A stretch of DNA of 64,000 nucleotides from Antedon mediterranea (taxonomy: Eukaryota > Animalia > Echinodermata): positions 20,163,237 to 20,227,236 of the forward strand of contig NC_092672.1 in assembly GCF_964355755.1 (NCBI RefSeq). Reading direction: 5' to 3'. The notes beneath the pieces are model-generated. The model saw only the letters and a list, made by a program, of their open reading frames with translations, was not told the origin of the DNA and did not search any database. Positions within the stretch are counted from its first letter, which is position 1; the number at the start of each line of letters is the position of its first letter. Below, piece after piece: positions 39,776 through 50,799 of this stretch. The translations under genes were made by a program, and so were the position numbers.

Positions 39776-41095
39776 CCATACAGTAGCTTAATTTGTTTCT
39801 TAATGATTCCTCTACAGTGCTGTACTTAATAACAATGTCACCATACAGTAGCTTGATTTGTTTCTTAATGATTCCTCTAAAGTATTGTACTTAATAACAA
39901 TGTCACCATACAGTAGCTTGATTTGTTTCTTAATGATTCCACTACATACTGTACTTAATAACAATGTCACCATACAGTAGCTTGATTTGTTTCTTAATGA
40001 TTCCACTACATACTGTACTTAATAACAATGACACCATACAGAGCTTGATTTGTTTCTTAATGATTCCTCTACAGTATTGTACTTAATAACAATGACACCA
40101 TACAGAGCTTGATTTGTTTCTTAATGATTCCTCTACAGTACTGTTCTTAATAACAATGTCACCATACAGTAGCTTGATTTGTTTCTTAATGATTCCTCTA
40201 CAGTACTGTTCTTAATAACAATGTCACCATACAGTAGCTTGATTTGTTTCTTAATGAATCCTCTACAGTAGGCCTACTGTACTTAATAACAATGTCACCA
40301 TACAGAGCTTGATTTGTTTCTTAATGATTCCTCTACAGTATTGTACTTAATAACAATGACACCATACAGAGCTTGATTTGTTTCTTAATGATTCCTCTAC
40401 AGTACTGTACTTGATAACAATGTCACTATAGTAGCTTGATTTGTTTCTTAATAATTCCTCTACAGTACTGTTCTTAATAACAATGTCACCATACAGTAGC
40501 TTGATTTGTTTCTTAATGAATCCTCTACAGTAGGCCTACTGTACTTAATAACAATGTCACCATACAGAGCTTGATTTGTTTCTTAATGATTCCTCTACAG
40601 TATTGTACTTAATAACAATGACACCATACAGAGCTTGATTTGTTTCTTAATGATTCCTCTACAGTATTGTACTTAATAACAATGACACCATACAGAGCTT
40701 GATTTGTTTCTTAATGATTCCTCTACAGTACTGTTCTTAATAACAATGTCACCATACAGTAGCTTGATTTGTTTCCTAATGATTCCTCTACAGTACTGTT
40801 CTTAATAACAATGTCACCATACAGTAGCTTGATTTGTTTCTTAATGAATCCTCTACAGTAGGCCTACTGTACTTAATAACAATGTCACCATACAGAGCTT
40901 GATTTGTTTCTTAATGATTCCTCTACAGTATTGTACTTAATAACAATGTCACTATACAGTAGCTTGATTTGTTTCTTAATGATTCCTCTACAGTACTGAC
41001 TTAATAACAATGTCACTATAGTAGCTTGATTTGTTTCTTAATGATTCCTCTACAGTACTGTACTTAATAACAATGTCACCATACAGTAGCTTGAT
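39776..41095 (+). repeat. ~65-bp minisatellite, ~20 copies
   Basis: Unit ACCATACAGTAGCTTGATTTGTTTCTTAATGATTCCTCTACAGTACTGTACTTAATAACAATGTC. Confidence 0.95.
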
Positions 41096-41231
41096 ATGAT
41101 GATCTAACGTCAATAGAGATGTACCTTTGATTATGTTTGAATTGAAACTTTAACAGTATTTTTTTTTTCATTTGCTTTTTTATTTTCAATTATTACTTTT
41201 TAAGGGTGCATATTACATACATAAACCATTT

Positions 41232-41634
41232 ATATTGCGCCTTATCAAAACATTTCAACATGCATAACAGATAACTAAACTAAACGATAATGAAATAATA
41301 AAAAATAAGAGAAGAATGTCTACCAATAGATAAAGACCAACTCTGGACGACCAATAACGTACAAATATTTTGATATATCTTCACTACTTATTTAGTGATT
41401 AGATTTTTCCATTTTTTTTTTTTTTTTTGGGTTTATACTGCTTTTGACAAATATTGTGCCTTAGTGAAGAACATTCTGTCTATGCATATAATCACAACAT
41501 GCACAAATAGAATACTCTGTCTTTGACATATAAAATGACTAATAACATGCACTCTGTGGAAAGGAGTTATCTCTTCTGTGCTCTTTAGCAAATCACAAGT
41601 ACAGGTTCTCCCAGACTCAGTTGTTTTTTTTATT
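41232..41634 (+). repeat. ~400-bp segment duplicated at 45680-46092
   Basis: ATATTGCGCCTTATCAAAAC...CCAGACTCAGTTGTTTTTTT is nearly identical in both copies, apart from small indels. Confidence 0.93.
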
Positions 41635-42606
41635 TGTGCACTTTTAAACAACATGACACACTCACTACACTATATTTGTACTTATTAAAGTGTTTTCCAT
41701 TTCTTATGAATGACCAATGACATGCACTACAACTGTGAAGGGTTGTTTAAACAACCGATAACATATGGATCTAGTAACAGCATATTCCTTCTACAGTTTT
41801 AACAACCACAAGCATGCACTACTACTAGTACCAGAATATTAGGGCTGGCAGGTCAAACAGCCAATAATGAATTCCAGGCTTTTTTAGATTGTTATCACAC
41901 CCACATTTTATTCATCATCAATCAATCAAATAAATATTCTAAGAACTATTTTTAATGGATTTCATTCTAGCAAAACGCAGTTTTAAATGATATTTAAATC
42001 TCAGTACAATTTAGTTGGTGTACAAAGGAATAATAGAAATTGTATTTTCTCCCATAAACAAGTTGATGATATGTATTGTATTATTAGATCAGGGAGTTGT
42101 TTACAACTCCCTGATTAGATTTAAAGAAAATTATAAGTAGTCCTATAGTGTAAAGAGGGCAATCCGAACCTTAATTTTTAAGCCCTGAAAGAAAGGGGAT
42201 TACAAAAATACTAAAATTATAAAAAGATGGGAATTTTAAATAGAACAGTAAAAATGGCTTGGCAGTAAAATTTGTTGATGTCTTTATAATGTTTGTTTTA
42301 TCTTCAATACCCATATTCTAGGTTTCTATTGTATTCAGTTTATATCATCAGTTCATATGTAATAACATTCTTCTACTGAGAACCACCAATTTATCACTTT
42401 TTCCACTTACATCAAAAGCAATACTACAGTAATGTTTATGATGAACTATTATAATTTTCAATCTTTGAAGCAATAATTCTATTTAAAGCAATTTCAGATT
42501 CAGTAAAATGCATAAAATCTTAAATGTTGTAGTAAGCAATATTAATGGTTTGGATTGATTAGATCTGATAATGATAATTTCACTGCCATGTTAATTACAC
42601 ATTAAA

Positions 42607-42848
42607 TTATACACTCTAAACCCAATTCCAAACACTAAAGATACTATAATAATAGAAGTCAGTAATCAACAAGTATTACACATTACATTATACACTCTAA
42701 ACCCACTCATTCCAAACACTAAAGACGCTATAATAATAGAAGTCAGTAATCAACAAGTATTACACATTACATTATACACTCTAAACCCACTCATTCCAAA
42801 CACTAAAGACACTATAATAATAGAAGTCAGTAATCAACAAGTATTACA
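42607..42848 (+). repeat. 84-bp tandem repeat x3; ~1.3 further copies at 55531-55640
   Basis: Unit ATTATACACTCTAAACCCACTCATTCCAAACACTAAAGACACTATAATAATAGAAGTCAGTAATCAACAAGTATTACACATTAC. Confidence 0.92.
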
Positions 42849-43197
42849 AGTTTGTTAAAAATATATATTTTAAAAAAAAGAATAGCGAGAGAGAGCTGAT
42901 AACACATGTATTTAGTAGAAGATTTTACACCATTTAAAAAAAAAATTTTTCAATTTGAGAGTTATATTACACTGATGTAAATTAATTCAGCCCACCTATC
43001 TCCAATTAAACAAAATTTATATTTAATAGATGATACAATCTGTTTTATATTTCAGAATTTAAATATACATGTTTTGGTGCATAAAATGTCATAAGTACTT
43101 TTTTTATTGACCGAAAGCATAATGTATATTTTCAAATGTAAAACAAATTGGAATAGCTCACACAAAACAATAAATTGTACTATGCTTTAATATAAAA

Positions 43198-43237
43198 CTA
43201 GAATTTAATTCGTCACTTTGACGAATTATAGGTGATC
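43198..43237 (-). mobile_element. Isolated 3' terminus of a related Helentron family
   Basis: A|CTAG followed by hairpin AATTCGTCA-CTT-TGACGAATT, the same geometry as the array termini. Confidence 0.6.
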
Positions 43238-44719
43238 ATTTTTATAATTTTACTAATACTTAATTTTTAAAGAAACATGCACGTACATTAAATATTACCG
43301 CAAAATATTGATTTATGCATTTTTTATGCCCTGATGGATAAATGCTTATGATGCTGATTGGTGCCTATTAGTGTCAAATAGAATATTTATGCTCTATACT
43401 GTACTGTATATCAGTGTAACATTATGTGAAATTACGGGACCCACATTATGTTTGAATTTTTTGGTTTGAATATGTTATCAAAATAAACTTGAAGTTTTTT
43501 TTTTTTTTTTTTTTTTATTCATTTCATCAAAAAAAAAAACTTGAAGTTGACAATTTCAAAAGATAATGAAGTGAGCAACAAAATATAAGATTTGGAAGAA
43601 AATTTGGCATGTAGATGTGCAGTGCGCGCTCTTTGAAAATTTTATAAATTGTACGAAAGATTTTTATAAATTTGATGAAAGAGATGAAAAAACTACTTTT
43701 TAAATTCAACTGCAAAATCTATGAATTGTCCCTTACATGCCACTCAGTTCGAATTAACAGGGATGAGTGTATCTTTAAAAGATGAAAATAATGAATACGA
43801 TGTAGGCCTACAGTACATAATGCGTCAAATGCAACAAACAACTCTGAACAACACACAGGTGTTGATGATTTATTTGATGATATAGTTAATGATAAGAGTG
43901 AAATTATATTTGATGATACAGGTATTTGTGATATTGAAAGCCATATTGACGAAAATGAATCATTTGAGGCTAACAAAGGTTCAAATGCACCTACATTTAA
44001 TTAGATGACAGTGAAATTATTATTATTATTATTTCAACTGAAATAACAGAAAGAAATATTGAGTGCATTTTTCCTGTACAATGCTTAGACTATTTGATGG
44101 CTTGTACCTGATTTGAATAATGGCTTGGTAACTCAATCCCCTGTAATTGTAATTAATTTCAGAATCTGAACAATGATACAATTATTCATCTGTTGGACAA
44201 ATACCTAACAGTTTTATTATTTAAAAAACATCAATATCAGACTACAGTAGTCACATTTACATTCCTTCATCACTGCAAGAAAAATAGGCACAAAGCAGCG
44301 AAAAAAAGTGATGAACAGGTGGCAAGCAATTCTATCCATGTTTAACCCCTTGAACAGATAACAAAACATTAAAATAAAACACAAACATTTAAGATGTAAA
44401 AATAGCTGAAATGATATATAAAGCGCAGTCCTCATTTACGGCCTGGCCATAATACTCGGCAATCAATACCTGCAATGGGAAATTGTCATAATATACACGT
44501 TTTGCACCACTGAATGCAACATAAAAATGGGTATGATGGTTAATTAATGCCAAATATGGCACACACTATTATTGGGTCGTAAATGTAACTCTCTCTCTCT
44601 CTCAAATAAGCACATCCCTGGAATAAACTCCCACTCACCACCCCACCCTAAAAACCCTACCAAATAAACATGGTAATTTAAAATGTCATTAATCATCTAC
44701 ACTTCTTTTTGAAGTTCAT

Positions 44720-45120
44720 GTTTATTTATTGTACATCCAACAGTGTTAACACCAATTACAGGATGAAATATACATATATATATAACAACTAGAATCATAT
44801 TTAAACATTAAACATTAAAAATATTTAAAATTATCTAACCAAATTATGTATCAGACATTTAAACTTAGAAAAACTACAATAACAAATATCTAATTCACAA
44901 TTTTCAACAACAGAACTATTACTGTATAAGCAGATGACAGTCTACGAAAAATACCATTTTTACAAACATTAACACGTGAGAATTGTGCATTTAAAATTAC
45001 TTTGGAACGGAGATTATGGACAGGGACATTCAGATAAAAATTAGAAATGAGATTACAGGTAAACATAGAATTTAAACACAAAAATAGTAAATCAATAATT
45101 TGTCTTCTCAATTTTGGAGA
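44720..45120 (-). mobile_element. Degenerate LINE (CR1-like) 3' tail
   Basis: RRQIIDLLFLCLNSMF..LNVPVHNLRS..FSRVNVCKNGIFRRLSSAY resembles a LINE ORF2 C-terminus, followed by AATAAATAAA(-). Confidence 0.6.
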
Positions 45121-45299
45121 GGTAATGGGAGTTTGACAAGGCCAACATGTTTCTTCATAGTTATCACAATTATTATCATGTGCCTTCTACAGTATATTCA
45201 GAACAGTTTAAAAAACATTTTACTTGTGTTTATATTATCCTCATCCTCCAGATACGGAATTGTTACATAATCAAAGTGTAGTTGTTTCAGTATAGACAA

Positions 45300-45680
45300 T
45301 TGTAATGGGCTGATCTGAATGATTGCTTGATAATCACATCCCCTATTAGACAATAAGCTGATTTGAATGATGGCTTGATAATCCCATCCACTATTAGACA
45401 ATGGGCGGATCTGAATGATTGCTTGATAATCCCATCCCCTATTATACAATGGGCTGATCTGAATGATGGCTTGATAATCTCATCCCCTATTATACAATGG
45501 GCAGATCTGAATGATGCCTTGATAATCCCATTCCTATTATACAATGGGCTGATCTGAATGATGGCTTGATAATCCCATCCCCTATTATACAATGGGCTGA
45601 TCTGATTGAATGATTGCTTGATAATCCATTCCCTATTATACAATGGGCTGATCTTAATGATTGCTTGATAATCCCATTCA
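45300..45680 (+). repeat. 48-bp minisatellite, ~8 copies
   Basis: Unit ATTATACAATGGGCTGATCTGAATGATGGCTTGATAATCCCATCCCCT. Confidence 0.93.
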
Positions 45681-46093
45681 TATTGCGCCTTATCAAAACA
45701 TTTCAACATGCATAACAGATAACTAAACTAAACGATAATGAAATAATAAAAAATAAGAGAAGAATGTCTACCAATAGATAAAGACCAACTCTGGACGACC
45801 AATAACGTACAAATATTTTGATATATCTTCACTACTTATTTAGTGATTAGATTTTTCCATTTTTTTTTTTTTTTTTGGGTTTATACTGCTTTTGACAAAT
45901 ATTGTGCCTTAGTGAAGAACATTCTGTCTATGCATATAATCACAACATGCACAAATAGAATACTCTGTCTTTGACATATAAAATGACTAATAACATGCAC
46001 TCTGGAATGTACAAGAAAGGAGTTATCTCTTCTGTGCTCGCCTTTATCAAATCACAAGTACAGGTTCTCCCAGACTCAGTTGTTTTTTTATTA

Positions 46094-47497
46094 TCATTTA
46101 TTATCGATTTTAATATAGTGGTTAAGTTCATGTTCAGTAACGGGCTTAAAAAACATTGAAGAGGTAAAATTTCCCTTTAAGAAAGTTCTGTGGGTGATTT
46201 GATCGATTTGACATTCATGCCTAAATTTATTAGTTAGTTTTTCTCCAATATTAATAAAAAAAGAGTTGAATGCATCAGCTTTCTCATCATTATTAGAGAA
46301 AGTCTCAGTACCCAATTTTATTTTTGTAGGCAAATTGGTAGTCTTTTTCCTACCCATTATATCATTTAGGATTGTCCACGTTTTTTTAATATCTTGTTTA
46401 TTTTGTTCAAACTGGACCATATAATATTCTTTTTTCCGATTTCTAATAGTAGTGGTTAACTTGTTTCTAAAATGTATGTACGTACTTTTATTAGTAGTGG
46501 TGTTATTTTGTTTGTACTTTTTATATAATTTATGTTTTTGAGAGATAGCTCTGGCAATTTCAGCTGTGATCCAAGGAGATTTTAACTTGTTCGCCTTATT
46601 TCTAATTCGTTTTAAAGGGAAACAATTATCAATTGTTTTATTTAAAGTGTTTTTAAAATTTTGATAAGCAACATTCGCATTTTTTGAGAATAGCACATCA
46701 TTCCACTGATTGCTTTGTAATTCTTGCAAAAAATACTCCGTTTATTGAGGAGAGTATTGTCGTTTATATACAAATCAAGGATATTGCTTATTATGTTTTT
46801 CCAAAGTATCTACACAGAATATTGGGAAGTGATCAGAAATATCAGTAATAAGTATTCCACTTTTAAGGGACGTAGTAAAAGAATCGATGTTGCAATAAAT
46901 GTTATCAATTATTGAAGCACAATTATCGGATATTCTAGTAGGACTTTTTATGATTGGCTGAAATGACTGAGAAAATATTGTGTCTAAGTGTGATTGGATA
47001 GTGTTGTCGGTAGATTGTTGGAGTAAGTTTATGTTATAGTCTCCCACAAGGTAAGCTTTCTTTTTTTCTAGATTAATCATTTGCATTACACATGTTAATT
47101 CATCATCACACTTTTGCAAGGAACGTGAGGGTGGTCTATAAACTATACCACAAATAACATTATTTCCTGATTCTAACTCAATCTCAATAAAAATAGTCTC
47201 TGCTTCAGTCATACAAGATGAAAGATCATTTCTAATAATATATGTTAGTTTGTTGGTAACATAGAACGCTACCCCACCACCTCTCTTATCTTTCCTATCA
47301 TTGTGAATCAAACTGTAGCCTGGTAACTGGTATAGATTAATATTATCTTTTTCGGTTAACCAGGTTTCACTGAAGGCAATGACGGAGAAGGCATGTACGA
47401 GTGAGTCTAAATAGTTTGAGATTAAGTCAAACTTATTAACAACACTACGACAGTTTAGTCCAAATATAGAAAAGTTTGATGATAAATTAGAATGTTC
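46094..47497 (-). pseudogene. LINE ORF2 AP-endonuclease domain and linker
   Basis: LNCRS..FSETWL..RGGGVAFYV..VYRPP..VGDYNINLL..PTRI..IIDNIY..ISDHFPIF..SPWIT; two in-frame stops (46775-77, 46742-44); ends before RT; frame continues from 53626-53703 once the Gypsy and one TSD are removed. Confidence 0.92.
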
Positions 47498-47501
47498 AAG
47501 T

Positions 47502-47811
47502 TATTGTATTCACCCTGTTTATAAAAGTGACCAGATCTACTTACCTATCTGGGAACTTCTTCCCGCTTGGGGCAAATCCAATGTAATATATTAATCCAAT
47601 AGATATACTCGATATAATACTGCCAATAGCCGTATCCTTCTTAACCACGGCAAACTCCGTGGCTAACTGCCCCGATTTCTGGTCTGCCCCAACCGTTGGC
47701 GCATGTCGGCGCCCAGACGTCTACGTCACTTGTACTGGATCCGGGCGCCCGCAGACGGTTGGTAGGTTCAGGCCATTCATTTATTGCCCACCCCCTGGGG
47801 TCGATACTACA
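47502..47811 (-). repeat. 3' LTR
   Basis: No difference from 53316-53625 found by eye; termini TGTAGT..ACAATA on the - strand. Confidence 0.95.
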
Positions 47812-47827
47812 CTCCCCCCGGTTTTGA
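47812..47827 (-). other. Polypurine tract
   Basis: TCAAAACCGGGGGGAG immediately before the 3' LTR. Confidence 0.8.
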
Positions 47828-48201
47828 AAAGGAGGTAGTCGACCGGGGGTAACCCGGCTAGCGTTGCTACCCGGCCCATGAGACTGGGTTCACAGGATTC
47901 GCTAGCTCCTTGTGACATAATAAACATGGCACCCGGCTGTGCGCCTGGTGCAAGTATAACTAAAAACAACTTCGGCGCCCTTGTTAAGGTGTATCGGCCA
48001 ATATTGAGCGCACGAGCTGCGAAATATTGACACATACCCTCCCTATGTAACGGAACCCGTTCTCCCCGATACGTAACCAATCCCGATTCAGCCACAGGTG
48101 TTTGTCGCCGGACTGGAGTTAAATAATTCCCCGTCTGGCGGTTTCCCCGGTTCCAGCCATCCCCTGATAGCCACTAAATCGGGATCTTAGCTTGAAATTG
48201 C

Positions 48202-50799
48202 TCAAGCCACGGGAGTATCCCCAACCACACCGTTCTGAGCCAAATTGCTGGCACAGAACGAAGACCCCCGTACGACCTCGATCGTAGTCCCACCTGGGTC
48301 CACCAACCCCTCCTCATTAGGGTCCGGTCCTGATTGCCGGATTTGTGAAATCGGAACTACGTCATCCACGTCCTCCCGGAAACGGACCCACCGGCTATGT
48401 GCCCTGACGCAATAAGAGCATCCCCCGCAAGGCAAATCCCCCGGATCAACCCCCTGCTCAAAATGGTCAACCGGTCTGGCCAGACGGGATAACGCATCTG
48501 CATTCCCATGTAGTACCCCCTTACGATGCTCCAGGACAAGATTATAGAGGCTGAGTTCCTCTATCCACCTAGCTAATTGCCCTTGGGGGTTTTTAAACGA
48601 CAGTAACCAGACCAGGCTGCTATGGTCTGTTCTAACCCGGAAAGGCCTACCCAAGAGATAGTGGCGAAAATGACGTGTCAAATACACCACCGCCAATAAT
48701 TCTTTGCGGGTCGTACAGTAATTGCGCTGCTCCGCCGTAAGACGGGTGCTAGCATACGCAATTACCCTCTCCTTTTCCCCTTGTACCTGTAGTAGTTCTC
48801 CCCCCAACGCCAGGTCCGACGCATCCACATCTAAAATGAATTCGTCCCTGGTATTAGGAAGGGTGAGAACAGGGGGTGTAATGAGAGCCAACTTTAAACC
48901 AGCAAAAGCAGCTTGCTGTTCGAGCCCCCATGCAAATGGCACCCCTTTACCCAGTAATTCGTACAACGGGCCAGCCTTATCGGCGAAATGGTCAATGAAT
49001 TCCCGGTGGTAATTAGCCAGTCCCAGGAACTGCTGCAACTCCTTTACCGAGGTAGGTACGGGCCAATCCTGGACTACAGTAACATCTGTAGCCGAAATCG
49101 ATAAGGCATCCCCACCAACCACCCGGCCTAGGAATTCCACCTCCCGTTGGAAAAAGATACATTTTTTCGGCTTGAGCTTAAGGCTGCTGGCACGGAAACG
49201 TTCTAAAACATGTCGGACATTGCCCAAATGGTCATCAAAATTCCGTCCCATGACTACAATGTCGTCCAGAAAGGCAAGAACGGTGTCCCAAGCTAGCCCC
49301 CTCAGTACTAAACCCATAGCCCGTGAAAACGTGGCTGGGCAATTTGATAGCCCGAACGGCATTTTAACAAATTCAAATAGCCCGTACTTGGTAATGAATG
49401 CCGTTTTTCTCCTATCCTCTTCCCCCATACTAATTTGCCAGTACCCCCATATGGCATCCAATTTGGTAAACCACGTGTTGCCCGACAAAGCGTCGAGACA
49501 ATCCCGTACCAAGGGTAGAGGATAAGCGTCCTTAATTGTAACATTATTTAGAGCCCGGTAGTCGATACAGAACCGCACTGAGCCGTCCCGTTTGCGTACC
49601 AACACCGGTGGAGAGGCCCACTCGGACACTGAAGGCTGAACCACCCCTGCTTGTAACATTTTATTTATCTCCTTTTCCTCCTCCCCGGCGAAGTGCATGG
49701 GAGTTGGTCGGAGTCGTTGTCGAATTGGCGGCGCATCCCCCGTATCGATAGTATGCTCAATACCCTTCAGGGTCCCTATATCAAATTGATGAGCCGCAAA
49801 GACATCTTGAAACTCAATGAGCAGTTGTTTCGCCCTATCGAACTCGGAACCGGACAAGGTTTTCCTTACATCCGCTAACATCCCTTCCAGGTGTTGTGGT
49901 ACCCCACCCTGTTTCGTGGAGGATTTCTCTGCACTGTCAACCCCTACGGTGGACACCGATGCCTCCTGAGAAGGCGCGTGATTACCCTCCCACTCAGTGG
50001 CATTCCCCACAACCTCTCCCTGTTTCAGTGTTACATATCTGTCCGTAAGATTCGCCACGCAAACTTTGGGAACAGTCCCACCCCGATGAATGGTAGATGG
50101 AATTAAAACTTTCCCCTGATTATCGGGTTCAATGAAATAATCGGGGAGATGCTCCCCTGTTACGTCCAACCGGCACAGTATATATCCCGCCGAAAACGGA
50201 GGAAGCACCCTGCGCTTGCCGACCGTCACCCGAGCAACCCTAGGGCTAACCTCCCCCGCCTCTTTGCGAAGCGAAAGTGTACTTGTTCCCACAGACAGTA
50301 ATAATTTCCCACAATCGATAAGAGCTCGATTGGGTATCAAAAAATCCCCTCCCAGCAACATATCGTCATTTATAGGCGCCACGTACATATACTCAGTGTA
50401 CTCTTCGGAACCTAATGCGAAAGTGACTGGGCCTACCCGATACCCTGGCATAGAAGTCCCCCTCCCTGCCAATTTAAAGGAAAGTTCTGCAATTATTGGT
50501 GGGGCGGGATCCAGCTTGGCAAACACCCGGTCTGAGAGAATTGTGTAATCAGCAGCGGTATCTACTACAGCTACCGTGTGAACCCCATTTACAAACACTG
50601 TGGCATGCAATGCCTTCGCCGACTCTACCCTATTTACCACTATGCATGGTCCCCTTTCCTTTAGACTAACCATGTCCACGGACACCTCCAGAGGAACCCC
50701 ACCCGGGTACCCCTGTACCTCTTCCCGCTTAGCGCACGAGCCTTCAAAACGCTGGCAGTCGGTGGTCAGGCCCCGACCCCCGACCCCTACTCGTTTAAA
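48202..50799 (-). CDS. pol: Pol polyprotein (protease, RT, RNase H; no integrase), reached by -1 frameshift
   Basis: VVDTAA protease; WASPPVLVRKRDGSVRFCIDYRALN..MPFGL..AFLDDIVV RT; DVDASD..RKELLAVV..RTDHSSL..NADALSR RNase H; then PCGGCSYC and a stop, with no HHCC or DD35E. Confidence 0.93.
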   Translation of the reverse strand, partial: FKRVGVGGRGLTTDCQRFEGSCAKREEVQGYPGGVPLEVSVDMVSLKERGPCIVVNRVESAKALHATVFVNGVHTVAVVDTAADYTILSDRVFAKLDPAPPIIAELSFKLAGRGTSMPGYRVGPVTFALGSEEYTEYMYVAPINDDMLLGGDFLIPNRALIDCGKLLLSVGTSTLSLRKEAGEVSPRVARVTVGKRRVLPPFSAGYILCRLDVTGEHLPDYFIEPDNQGKVLIPSTIHRGGTVPKVCVANLTDRYVTLKQGEVVGNATEWEGNHAPSQEASVSTVGVDSAEKSSTKQGGVPQHLEGMLADVRKTLSGSEFDRAKQLLIEFQDVFAAHQFDIGTLKGIEHTIDTGDAPPIRQRLRPTPMHFAGEEEKEINKMLQAGVVQPSVSEWASPPVLVRKRDGSVRFCIDYRALNNVTIKDAYPLPLVRDCLDALSGNTWFTKLDAIWGYWQISMGEEDRRKTAFITKYGLFEFVKMPFGLSNCPATFSRAMGLVLRGLAWDTVLAFLDDIVVMGRNFDDHLGNVRHVLERFRASSLKLKPKKCIFFQREVEFLGRVVGGDALSISATDVTVVQDWPVPTSVKELQQFLGLANYHREFIDHFADKAGPLYELLGKGVPFAWGLEQQAAFAGLKLALITPPVLTLPNTRDEFILDVDASDLALGGELLQVQGEKERVIAYASTRLTAEQRNYCTTRKELLAVVYLTRHFRHYLLGRPFRVRTDHSSLVWLLSFKNPQGQLARWIEELSLYNLVLEHRKGVLHGNADALSRLARPVDHFEQGVDPGDLPCGGCSYCVRAHSRWVRFREDVDDVVPISQIRQSGPDPNEEGLVDPGGTTIEVVRGSSFCASNLAQNGVVGDTPVA
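50750..50799 (-). promoter_or_regulatory. -1 ribosomal frameshift signal (U UUA AAC plus GC-rich stem)
   Basis: gag ..CCT TTA AAC GAG TAG; pol is in the -1 frame (TTT AAA CGA GTA); downstream GTCGG..GGTC..GACC..CCGAC can pair. Confidence 0.85.

Noticed and set aside
43810-44300. Acidic + strand reading frame, possible transposase relic
   Set aside because: Too degenerate, with no diagnostic motif or termini.
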